A stretch of DNA of 64,000 nucleotides from Macrostomum lignano (lineage: Eukaryota): NCBI GenBank assembly GCA_002269645.1, contig NIVC01002290.1:122468-186467 (forward strand), in the 5' to 3' direction. How positions within the stretch are numbered: position 1 is the first letter of the stretch; every line of letters starts with the position of its first letter. Below are positions 1-20,614 of this stretch, one piece after another. A program made the position numbers and the translations under genes. Under the pieces are notes generated by a model that worked only from the letters and a program-made list of their open reading frames with translations, made no database searches and was not told the origin of the DNA.

Positions 1-597
1 GCCCTGCTGGCATCCGGGGTGCTGATGCAGCAGCCGCAGTACTACTCAGCGGGCAGCCTGGCCTCCTACTGCGGCGAGCTGGCCCTGCTGGCGGCCGGGC
101 TCGCCACCGCCCTGGCCGCCTTCCCTCGCATGGCCGACATGCTGTACGTGTCCGGCCGGGACCGGCGGCTGGACGAGGCGCTGCAGTTGGCCACCCTGGC
201 CGGCAGCCTGGCGCACTGGCTGCTGCCGCTGATGGCGGGCCCGCCGCCCGGGCCGCACGTGGCCGCCTGCAGCGCCGCCCAGCTGCTTCAGGCCAGCGTG
301 CAGGCCGCCTTCGTGTGCACCGCCCTGAAGCGGATGTCCTACAAAGCGTTGCACGAGCGCGAGAAGCCCGGACGCGAACTCGTGACCTTCCTGCTAGTGT
401 GCAACGTAGCATTGTTCGCGTTTGCGGCCACGGAGCCGCTGCGGCTGGCGGAGGCCCGCCTGGGGCCAGCGTTCGGCCGGGTTGCATTCGCTGTGGCGGA
501 CCACCTGACCCGGCCGTTGCACTGTCTGTTCCGCTTCCACAGCGTGGTGGCCCTGGCCACCGTCTGGAAAGAGGCCTACCAGTTCAAGTCCGCCTGA
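1..597 (+). CDS. Otop: Otopetrin-family proton channel, C-terminal part (5' end lies outside the window)
   Basis: Frame 1 is open from base 1 to TGA 595-597. Motifs KPGRELVTFLLVCNVAL and PLHCLFRFHSVVALATVWKEAY match the otopetrin C-terminal consensus (KPGR.I.TFL...N; PL.IF(Y/F)RFHS..CL.E.W). GC-rich codon usage. Confidence 0.9.
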   Translation, partial: ALLASGVLMQQPQYYSAGSLASYCGELALLAAGLATALAAFPRMADMLYVSGRDRRLDEALQLATLAGSLAHWLLPLMAGPPPGPHVAACSAAQLLQASVQAAFVCTALKRMSYKALHEREKPGRELVTFLLVCNVALFAFAATEPLRLAEARLGPAFGRVAFAVADHLTRPLHCLFRFHSVVALATVWKEAYQFKSA

Positions 598-1001
598 CAC
601 TAGTCTCAAGTCCAACTGACACTAGTCTCAAGTCCACCTGACACTAGTCTCAAGTCCAACTGACACTAGTCTCGAGTCCGCCTGACACTAGTCTCAAGTC
701 CAACTGACACTAGTCTCAAGTCCACCTGACACTAGTCTCAAGTCCGCCTGACACTAGTCTCAAGTCCACCTGACACTAGTCTCAAGTCCAACTGACACTA
801 GTCTCAAGTCCAACTGACACTAGTCTCGAGTCCGCCTGACACTAGTCTCAAGTCCACCTGACACTAGTCTCAAGTCCAACTGACACTAGTCTCAAGTCCA
901 ACTGACACTAGTCTCAAGTCCGCCTGACACTAGTCTCAAGTCCGCCTGACACTAGTCTCAAGTCCAACTGACACTAGTCTCAAATCCACCTGATACTAGT
1001 C
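585..1001 (+). repeat. 22-bp tandem array (CAAGTCC[AA/AC/GC]CTGACACTAGTCT), about 19 copies; first unit overlaps the otopetrin stop codon
   Basis: Directly visible; unit caagtccgcctga equals the last codons (AAG TCC GCC TGA). Confidence 0.95.
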
Positions 1002-2235
1002 GCATTGGTTGATGGCAGATAGCTCGTAAGTTACTAGTTAATTCCTTAATTTGGGAGACAGTCTAGATTGGAATGAGTCATCAATTATGGCAAATTACTG
1101 TGACTTATTGAAAGTGACTCACTAGCATTTTATTACTCACTTATAGTGACATTAGCACTCTTATGACTCATTGATAATGACTCATTAGTATTCTTATGAC
1201 TCACTGATAATGAGTACCTTTGAATCTTTGTAAATCATTTTCAATGGATGATAAGAATTTGAATGAATGCATTCTAGAGTATACTTATGACTCATTAGAA
1301 TCCTTATGAACCCTCGATAACAAATCGTTAGAACTCTAATTCACTCATAAGTATTGCTATGACCATTAATGATCATGCACATCAGTAGTCACTCGTTGAA
1401 TTTGAGTCAGGAAGACTTCAATCAGTGATAAGGATTCTAATGAGTAATTTCTAGCTCATAGCATGCTTCCTAAGAATTACTGACAGAGAATAATTTAGCA
1501 TAACAATGACTCATTGATAGTGACTACTCATTGGCAGTGAGGCATTGGTTTCCGTTGCTAACTCACAGATGATAGATAGCTGGAATTCATTTACTTAATA
1601 ACAAAAATATTGTACAGATTTTTTCTGCCTTTTCTCCGCTTGTCGACAACCCAAAACCTCTGAACTGACTTGTGATCCCGCAGTTCGTGCTGCTCCTACT
1701 GCTAGCTCGTACTAGTATTAATAAATTTACAAGACACCAATATTCTACTGTGAGTAATAAGGTTGCGTGTGATTTTGCTAACTTTTATCTCTGTGCAAAT
1801 TTTTTTCAAATAATTTTAGTCACTTTGAAATTTATTTGTTTGAATTGATTATTCGGTGTTGTTTAACTGCGTCACGGCGTCTGTTAAATTTGTTTTAATT
1901 AACGCTGTCTCCGTCTGCCCTTCTTGCTTATGATTGCCTAAAATGCGCTTGCACCGCTAACCTGTTGCTTAAAGTCATAGCGCTAACTTTGATAGAAAAT
2001 TTCGCTTCATTCACCATGCGTAAAAATCCGCTTTTTCTGTCATTTTTTTAGTCTGCGTTTCTGCGAGAATTAAAATGACAATGTTGCATTCGAACAATTT
2101 ATTGACAAACTAATAAAAACTGTAAACTGAAGTTCGCTATTTGAGTTGAGAGCCAGCATTGCCGATTTAATTTTTACACTTCATCTGACTGTTTATTCAG
2201 ATAGTGGAAATCTTACACTGTCTTTCCTCGGACAC

Positions 2236-3032
2236 AGGCAGTACACAGACTGTAGACAGGCAGTACACAGACTGTAGGCAGGCAGTACACAGACTTAGAC
2301 AGTACACATACTTAGACAGTACACAGACTTAGACAGTACACAGACTTAGACAGTACACAGACTGTAGACAGGCAGTACACAGACTGTAGACAGTGCAGTA
2401 CACAGACTTGAGACAGGCAGTACACAGACTTAGACAGTACACAGACTTAGACAGTACACAGACTTAGACAGTACACAGACTTAGACAGTACACAGACTTA
2501 GACAGTACACAGACTTAGACAGTACACAGACTTAGACAGTACACAGACTTAGACAGTACACAGACTTAGACAGTACACAGACTTAGACAGTACACAGACT
2601 TAGACAGTACACAGACTTTGACAGTACACAGACTGTAGACAGGCAGTACACAGACTTGAGACAGGGCAGTACACAGACTTGAGACAGGCAGTACACAGAC
2701 TGTAGACAGGCAGTACACAGACTGTAGACAGACAGTACACAGACTGTAGACAGGCAGTACACAGACTGTAGACAGGGCAGTACACAGACTGTAGACAGGC
2801 AGTACACAGACTGTAGACAGGGCAGTACACAGACTTGAGACAGGCAGTACACAGACTGTAGACAGGGCAGTACACAGACTTGAGACAGGCAGTACATAGA
2901 CTGTAGACAGGGCAGTACACAGACTTGAGACAGGCAGTACACAGACTGTAGACAGGCAGTACACAGACTGTAGACAGGCAGTACACAGACTGTAGACAGG
3001 CGGTACACAGACTGTAGACAGGGCAGTACACA
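2236..3032. repeat. 17-23-bp minisatellite (GTACACAGACTTAGACA / GTACACAGACTGTAGACAGGCA)
   Basis: Directly visible; explains ORFs 2566-3112. Confidence 0.95.
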
Positions 3033-3594
3033 GAAATTTCACAAGCTGTATATATTGCATGTAAGTATACAGGCTTATATAGGTTGTTCACAGGTACTAT
3101 AATAGTACACATGGTATGTGCACAGTCGTCAATTCACAGAATTTTGCAAGCCTTTCACAGAACACAGACAGACCTGAATTCCAGCTTTTGAATTCAGTTC
3201 AATTCGAGCAAACACACTGAAGCATTCAGTTCTGAAGCCCATGAAAAGCATTAAGAAGATAAAGAGAGGGCCTATTGTAAGCCGCACCAGAAGCAGCAAT
3301 AAATTACCAGCAGATTTAGGAGCAGAAGCGTCTGCAACACTAAGCGCTGGCTACTTGCAGAACAAACCAGATGCAACCTTCTTTAAGAAACATCAAGGGA
3401 GCCGCACTAAGCAAACAGGAATTTGCAAACAGGAACTCAATACTTCCTCTTTAAAGCGATATATTTTAACAAGGGAGAATGCCAGGTAGCTGGGAAAATA
3501 TTGCATAATAATACAAGCCAATGTTCGCGATGCCGTCAGCACTACAATTGCAACTACCGGTATTTTTTTATTGGAAGCTTTCCAACAGAGAACC

Positions 3595-4268
3595 CCAGTC
3601 TCGCCCTAGTCTCCACCTAGTCTCACCCTAGTCTCACCTAGTCTCACCTTAGTCTCATCCCCATCTCACCCTAGTCTCACTCAGTCTCACCCCAGTCTTA
3701 CCCAAGTCTCTACCTAGTCTCACCATAGTCTCACCCCAGTCTCACCCCCAGTCTCCACCTAGTTTCACCATATTTTCACTCTAGTCTCATCCCAGCCTCA
3801 ATACAGTCTTCAGAGTCTCACCATAGTCTCACCATAGTCTCACCTAGTCTCACCCTAGTCTCATCCCCATCTCACCCTAGTCTCACTCAGTCTCACCCCA
3901 GTCTCCACCTAGTCTCACCCTAGTCTCACCCAGTCTCACCCCAGTCTCCACCTAGTCTCACCCTAGTCTCACCCAGTCTCACCCTAGTCTCACCCTAGTC
4001 TCACCCAGTCTCATCCCAGTCTCCACCTAGTCTCACCCTAGTCTCACCCTAGTCTCACCTAGTCTCACCCTAGTCTCACCCAGTCTCACCCTAGTCTCAC
4101 CCTAGTCTCACCCAGTCTCATCCCAGTCTCCACCTAGTCTCACCCAGTCTCATCCCAGTCTCCACCTAGTCTCACCCAGTCTCATCCCAGTCTCCACCTA
4201 GTCTCACCCAGTCTCATCCCAGTCTCCACCTCAGTCTCACCCAGTCTCATCCCAGTCTCCACCTAGTC

Positions 4269-4274
<6 letters not shown>
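3595..4274. repeat. 11-12-bp minisatellite (CTAGTCTCACC[C]) ending on the ENaC stop codon
   Basis: Directly visible; terminal unit ctagtctcaccc (4263-4274) contains the reverse complement of GGG TGA. Confidence 0.95.
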
Positions 4275-12598
<8,324 letters not shown>

Positions 12599-13007
12599 CT
12601 TTCTGCTTTAGCCGATTTGTGAAAAATGATGAAGCGCCATAGAGGCAGAGACGGGCCATCACGGAAGCGTAGATAAATCCCTTCTAAGCTGCCCCCACCC
12701 CCTGATTCGTCAGCAGGCCTCAGCCAGTCTGCTCGAGTCGGAGACATTAAAAAAATCCTGCTCAAAAATATTGCTTTAGCAAACTAAGCAATCCCATGGA
12801 AAAGTGAGCCGAATAGCGGACTCAGAATCTCCTCGGGAGGATTCGGAGCCTCACGCGACCGACAGCAGCGGCTGGCTGGAATTAAAAATTCTGCATTTAC
12901 CTTCAGGATGCAGGTCCTGAGATCCTGATTTTATCCTCTCTCCTTTTGGCAGTTCAACTGGGCTGTGCTGGAGAATTCCGTGTTCAAGCAGTGAGCATCT
13001 CAGAACT

Positions 13008-13913
<906 letters not shown>

Positions 13914-14538
13914 ACAACAACAACAACAGACAACAACAACAGAGTACGCTGCCAGTTCACAAAAGCAGCGTCAGATGGCGCGCTTCAAAGCTTGGGCGCG
14001 AACAAAAGCCGCACCGCCGGCAGAGTCCGGGGCGCCGGCGTCAGCCAGCAGACAGTCGACGTAGCGCCGAGTCCTCGCCTGTCCCCGCCGGTAGGGTGCC
14101 TGCAACGTAAGTAGCAGCACCTCCTGCACCGGCTCCAGACAGTAGGCCTCGGCGCGGATGACGTGGCCTGCCAGCTGGAGTCGCCGACGGCGCAGCAGAT
14201 CGCTAGGACGGGCCAGGCCGGCGCGATGATAGAGCGCCGTGTTGGTGACTCGCTCGTTGCCGATCTTGAAGGCGGCGCGCAGCAGGCCAGCGTGCGCCGC
14301 GTCGACTTGAGCCTCGAGCGAGTCTGTCAGCGTCCAGGTCTCGGCGTTGTATAACAGGACGGTCTCGATCACCGCCTGGAACAGCGCCGCCCTCTGGCGG
14401 TCCGGTAGGGCCTCGGACTGCAGGACTGACCTTATAGAACGAAAGGCAGCCCAAGCAAGTCCTCGGCGACGCCGCAGATCCTCGCGGACGTCGGGAACCA
14501 GACCGCCGAGGTAGACGAACTGCTGACATCTTGGAAGC
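13914..14538 (-). mobile_element. 5'-truncated non-LTR retrotransposon (RTE-like), C-terminal RT/thumb region plus 3' end with (GTT)n tail
   Basis: CQQFVYLGG..DLRRRRGLAWAAF..LFQAVIETVLLYNAETWTL..RRRRLQLAGHV is typical LINE post-RT sequence. Stop at 13971, short 3' UTR, (TTG)n tail at about 13914-13940, satellite on both sides. Confidence 0.85.
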
Positions 14539-15034
14539 CAGACACTAAGACAGGCACAGAGACAGGCACTCAAAAGTCAGATGCAGGGAAGCTAAACTGT
14601 AGGGAAATTAATAGTTTGCACTGGCCTGTCCCGGGTGGACGGGAGTCGATGGGAAAATCAATCACAGCTCCCTGATCCCGCTTTCTTGGCGTGCCCCCGG
14701 CGATGAGGTGGGCAAAGATGCTGGAGACCGGTGGCCGCTCACCTCAGCTCCATGGCCCGCATCCCCAGGCAGTATATAGCATGCATATATAACTATCGAG
14801 CCCTCCCTTACCCAGCCAAGAAAGCCTTCCGTTTTCGACGGCCACTGCCCGGCCCCCTCCCTGGGGTCTCCGATAGTAGCCAGAATTTCATATGCAGTGC
14901 GACTGCAGTGCAGCCAGTGGCCCCTGTTGCCATATCTAGGAGAACGGCGGCATTAGATGGCGAGGGAGTGAAAAGATCAAAGTCCGGTGCCACGGAATTT
15001 ACGCTAAAACTCCGCCTGACTACTCACACTACTG

Positions 15035-15590
15035 ACTACTGACTACTAACTGACTGACTACTGAACTACTGACTATTAACTGACTGACTGACTACTGACT
15101 ATTGACTACTGACTACTGACTACTGACTATTGACTACTGACTACTGACTACTGACTACTGACTACTGACTACTGACTACTGAGTACTGACTACTGACTGA
15201 CTGACTGACTACTGACTACTGAGTACTGACTACTGACTGACTGACTGACTACTGACTACTGAGTACTGACTACTGACTACTGACTGACTGACTGACTGAC
15301 TGACTGACTGACTGACTGACTACTGACTACTGACTACTGACTACTGACTACTGAGTATTGACTACTGACTACTGACTACTGACTACTGACTACTGACTAC
15401 TGACTACTGACTACTGAGTACTGACTACTGACTACTGACTACTGACTACTGAGTATTGACTACTGACTACTGACTACTGACTACTGACTACTGACTACTG
15501 AGTATTGACTACTGACTACTGACTACTGACTACTGACTACTGACTACTGAGTACTGACTACTGACTACTGACTACTGACTACTACTACCA
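15035..15590. repeat. (GACTACT)n / (GACT)n microsatellite
   Basis: Directly visible. Confidence 0.95.
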
Positions 15591-15951
15591 CAGTTACTAA
15601 ATTTTTAATAAAAGAAAAATTTTAATTAATGCAATTTACAAAATTAGATTATAAAACGCAGCCTATTCTACTCATTACAATCACACAAGAAACAGCAGAA
15701 AATTCATACTTTTCCGCAACTTACACTGGACTTGTGTTAGTAAATTTAGTTTATCAAACATTCTGTTTCTACAAACATTACTACTACTTAAGTAGAGTTC
15801 AAGAGATCATTCGGCACAAAGTTTTAAAATCATTAATTTTCAAATGATTTTACGACGCCAAAATTTTCAGTAGCGGCAGTATTAGTAGTATGCTAAAGTT
15901 ACGAGTGTCCGTACACATTTCGAAATTAAATAAATTATACAATTTGCTGAC

Positions 15952-16288
15952 GTAGGCTAGATTAGCAATCCATTCTTTTCCTTCATTAACGTAGGCTAGA
16001 TTAGCAATCCATTCTATTCCTTCACTGATGTAGGCTAGATTAGCAATCCATTCTATTCCTTCACTGATGTAGGTTAGATTAGCAATCCATTCTATTCCTT
16101 CACTGATGCAGGCTAGATTAGCAATCCATTCTATTCCTTCACTGATGCAGTCTAGATTAGCAATCCATTCTATTCCTTCACTGATGTAGGCTAGATTAGC
16201 AATCCATTCTATTCCTTCACTGATGTAGGCTAGATTAGCAATCCATTCTATTCCTTCACTGATGCAGGCTAGATTAGCAATCCATTCT
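15952..16288 (+). repeat. 39-bp array (GTAGGCTAGATTAGCAATCCATTCTATTCCTTCACTGAT), left arm of an inverted pair
   Basis: Reverse complement of the units at 19255-20081. Confidence 0.95.
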
Positions 16289-16738
16289 GCTCTAAATTCC
16301 TTGATGCCCCGTGCAGCCCATGCGGCAGTAGCCTAAAATCTCTGATTAATCCAAATCGGCAATTCTCCATCAAAAGGCAGTCCTGAGCATCCTAGAATCA
16401 TTAGTTGCCAGGTAAACTCTAGCTAATGAATCCCAGTCTGGATTCGAAACCCCAACTGGCTCCTCGCCCTTGCCCTCGCCGCTCTCTAGCAATTGACTTT
16501 CCCGTCTGGGTCGGCCGCTGACTATGCGTCAGTCACGTCAGGTTCGAGTGAAAAATTGCTGAGCTCAAGTAGAGAAACAGGGAGCAGCTTGAAGGGGGAG
16601 AAAGTTTCTTTAGATCCTCAGGAACGGGGAGGTCAATTAGGAATTGATTTTAGCTGCCGTCCAATTGGGGACAGTGTGTACTTTTGTTACCGAATTGAAT
16701 CGGGAAACTCCTAATCGATAGAATATGATAGATGGTAG

Positions 16739-16970
16739 CGCTGCTGTATAGATCATAGCTGGCTGCTGTATAGATCATAGCTGGCTGCTGTATAGATCAT
16801 AGCTGGCTGCTGTATAGATCATAGCTGGCTGCTGTATAGATCATAGCTGGCTGCTGTATAGATCATAGCTGGCTGCTGTATAGATCATAGCTGGCTGCTG
16901 TATAGATCATAGCTGGCTGCTGTATAGATCATAGCTGGCTGCTGTATAGATCATAGCTGGCTGCTGTATA
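16739..16970. repeat. Near-perfect 22-bp array (GCTGCTGTATAGATCATAGCTG), about 10 copies
   Basis: Directly visible. Confidence 0.95.
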
Positions 16971-17378
16971 CTAAATGCTAATTGGCGCCCACTAAATGCT
17001 AATTGGCGCCCACTAATGCTAATTGGCGCCCACTAAATCCTAATTGGCACCCACTAAATCCTAATTGGCACCCACTAAATCCTAATTGGCGCCCACTAAA
17101 TCCTAATTGGCGCCCACTAAATGCTAATATGCGCCCACTAATTCTAATTGGCGCCCACTAAATGCTAATTGGCGCCCACTAAATGCTAATTGGCGCCCAC
17201 TAAATGCTAATTGGCGCCCACTAAATGCTAATTGGCGCCCACTAAATGCTAATATGCGCCCACTAATTCTAATTGGCGCCCACTAAATGCTAATTGGCAC
17301 CCACTAAATCCTAATTGGCGCCCACTAAATGCTAATTGGCGCCCACTAAATGCTAATTGGCGCCCACTAAATCCTAAT
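16969..17378. repeat. 20-21-bp array (ACTAAATGCTAATTGGCGCCC)
   Basis: Directly visible; abuts the preceding array with no spacer. Confidence 0.95.
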
Positions 17379-18044
17379 GGGGCCAGTCCCAACCCGCGCC
17401 ACGCACTCCGAGCCCAACTCATTATTTCGATCGGAGCTCGAATTGCGTCTTAGCGTGTCGGAGCGGGCGTTGAATAATCGACATTCGCCGCCCCTCTTTG
17501 CCGCCGCCAAGCTGATTAGATTTCCACATTCGAACCTCCGCTAGCAGAGCCAGGCGCCTTTTGTCCTGCAGCACTTTGAACTACTAAGACTTTGGCAAAA
17601 CCGACGAGAGAGGGAGAGCGAGAGAGAGAGAGAGGGAGGGAGGGAGAGGGAGTAGATGAGATTGCACTCAGGCCAGCTCCGAGGCGTGACAGGTAATTAG
17701 TACAGACCGGGCGCAAATCGATGCTAGCAAAAAACCCAATGGCTGGCTTGCTGCATCATTCCCAAGGCCAGCTACCGCTGAGGAGCTTGTTGTGCACTTC
17801 CCAGCAACTTGGGCGGGGCAAGGAGGGGGGTCCGGCTGGGAGGATGGTGTATAATCAATGCGCCTGATGAGGCAGGACTGCATGAGGCTGGACGCGTTGG
17901 ACGAAGAAAGGGGTTGGGGTTGAGTTGAAAGAGGGGATTTCGAAAGTTCAATGCCACGGGAAAGCTCAAACTGGGAGGAGAAGCTTCCTGCTTGCAGCAG
18001 CAGCAAAGGAAAAGATTTTTTATGGAGGATGAGAGAAACTATGA

Positions 18045-18772
18045 GAGAAGAAACGGAGGGTCACTGGGAGGACTGGGAGGGTCACTGAGAAGATTAGGAG
18101 GGTCACTGAGAAGATTAAGAGGGTCACTGAGAAGATTAGGAGAGTCACTGAGAAGATTAGAAGAGTCAATGAGAAGACTAGGAGAGTCACTGAGAAGATT
18201 AGGAGAGTCACTAAAGGAGAGTCACTGAGAAGACAAGGAGAGTCACTAAAGGAGAGTCACTGAGAAGACAAGGAGAGTCACTGAAGGAGAGTCACTGAGA
18301 AGACAAGGAGAGTCACTGAAGGAGAGTCACTTAAGGAGAGTCACTGAAGGACAGTCACTGAGAAGACAAGGAGAGTCCCTGAAGGAGAGTCACTGAGAAG
18401 ACAAGGAGAGTCACTGAAGGAGAGTCACTGAAGGAGAGTCACTGAGAAGACAAGGAGAGTCACTGAAGGAGAGTCACTGAGAAGACAAGGAGAGTCACTG
18501 AAGGACAGTCACTGAGAAGACAAGGAGAGTCACTGAAGGACAGTCACTGAGAAGACAAGGAGAGTCACTAAAGGAGAGTCACTGAGAAGACAAGGAGAGT
18601 CACTGAAGGAGAGTCACTTAAGGAGAGTCACTGAAGGAGAGTCACTGAAGGACAGTCACTGAGAAGACTAGGAGAGTCACTGAAGGAGAGTCACTGAGAA
18701 GACAAGGAGAGTCACTGAAGGAGAGTCACTGAGAAGACAAGGAGAGTCACTGAAGGAGAGTCACTGAGAAGA
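18045..18772. repeat. 14/21-bp compound array (GGAGAGTCACTGAA / GGAGAGTCACTGAGAAGACAA)
   Basis: Directly visible. Confidence 0.9.
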
Positions 18773-19254
18773 GACGCAAACACATTTCCGGTTTCAAGAT
18801 CAGACGGAGACCCTCAGACAGAGAGAGGCACTGGAGAGAAGAAAACTCCCAGCTCCAGCAGGGACAGGGAAGCTGGGCCGGCTTCCGCCGCAGCCACCCC
18901 GGCCCCCTCCCGGTCATTGATTTCATTGATTTGCCCAGACGCCGGGCCGCCTAATGATGCCAGGGCGTCAGTTTTTGTGCTTGTGCGAGTTCGAGTGAGG
19001 GGGGGACAAATTTAATTCTGTCGGGCTTGTCACAGACGAGCTGAAAGCGGCCTGCGGAGTCTGCGAGGCTGCGCGCCTTCCATCACTCCTATTCGGTCCC
19101 GAGGGACTCACTGTGAGCCCGAGCTGGATTCAAGGACTGCGGTGCAAACTCGGAGGAATTCTCCTCGACTGTTTTGCGTATTTCTGCCGGGAAGGAGAAA
19201 TGTTTGGCTGCTAAGAGATCGGCTGGCCATATGGAGTGCTGGGGGTTGGCTGCC

Positions 19255-20081
19255 TGGATTGCTAATCTAGCCTGCATGGATTGCTAATCTAGCCTGCATG
19301 GATTGCTAATCTAGCCTGCATGGATTGCTAATCTAGCCTGCATGGATTGCTAATCTAGCCTGCATGGATTGCTAATCTAGCCTGCATGGATTGCTAATCT
19401 AGCCTGCATGGATTGCTAATCTAGCCTGCATGGATTGCTAATCTAGCCTGCTTGGATTGCTAATCTAGACTGCATGGATTGCTAATCTAGCCTGCGTGGA
19501 TTGCTAATTTAGCCTACATCAGTGAAGGAATAGAATGGATTGCTAATCTAGCCTACATCAATGATGAAGGAATAGAATGGATTGCTAATCTAGCCTACAT
19601 CAATGAAGGAATAGAATGGATTGCTAATCTAGCCTACATCAGTGAAGGAATAGAATGGATTGCTAATCTAGCCTACATCAATGATGAAGGAATAGAATGG
19701 ATTGCTAATCTAGCCTACATCAATGAAGGAATAGAATGGATTGCTAATCTAGCCTACATCAGTGAAGGAATAGAATGGATTGCTAATCTAGCCTACATCA
19801 ATGATGAAGGAATAGAATGGATTGCTAATCTAGCCTACATCAATGAAGGAATAGAATGGATTGCTAATCTAGCCTACATCAGTGAAGGAATAGAATGGAT
19901 TGCTAATCTAGGCTGCATCAGTGAAGGAATAGAATGGATTGCTAATCTAGCCTACATCAGTGAAGGAATAGAATGGATTGCTAATCTAGCCTACATCAGT
20001 GAAGGAATAGAATGGATTGCTAATCTAGCCTACATCAATGATGAAGGAATAGAATGGATTGCCAATCTAGCCTACATCAGT
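19255..20081 (-). repeat. 22-bp then 39/42-bp array (TGGATTGCTAATCTAGCCTACATCAGTGAAGGAATAGAA), right arm of an inverted pair
   Basis: Reverse complement of 15952-16288; 120-bp higher-order period visible at 19561/19681/19801. Confidence 0.95.
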
Positions 20082-20614
20082 GCACCATAAAAAAGGCGCC
20101 CAGTGGATGTGCACTTTACTGAATCATCCACCGGCAGTCCTACCCCAGCCAGAAGAGATTCAAACGGCTCCCTGAAGTGAAGCCTCGGTTTTCATTCTCA
20201 TCAATTTGTATTCTCTGCACCGCGTGAACTGGCGCCACTACCGCAGCCATGTGCTGTGCGGTGTAATTTTTTTATTTCATCTCCACCATCGGCCCCGCAG
20301 GGAGCCCCCGCTGAGGCAGCCATTATCTCAGTCTGTCAGCTGGTGGACTTTATAAGGCTGCTAAGGACTGGCTACCTAGTGAGGGAAGTCCTTCTGCCGC
20401 ACTGATATTCCGTCCGGCTGGGGGTGGGAGGGGCTGTTGAGGAAAAAATCCCAAGTAAGAAAAATTGACAGACGAATTTCTAAAAGTGATGCATGCCAAG
20501 CACGGACAGACTCGAGTGCACGTACCACTGACCAGCGGCCCATCTGGCTATTAGCAATGTCCCTGAGGCACAATCCGCTGGGGATGAGAACCGACTGAAA
20601 GAGGTATAAATAGA

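Noticed and set aside
585-1001. CRISPR-like regularity of this and other arrays
   Set aside because: Units are contiguous with no unique spacers, there are no cas genes, and the context is eukaryotic.
14580-15035. GC-rich segment after the LINE, possibly another dispersed repeat
   Set aside because: No second copy, terminal repeats or coding signal visible in the window.
16424-16452. CTAATGA-ATCC-CAGTCT-GGAT-TCGAAAC resembling a schistosome-type hammerhead ribozyme core
   Set aside because: The catalytic CUGA is CUAA, two extra bases precede GAAA, and stems I and III are not evident. It is equally explained as a reverse-strand B-box-like motif.
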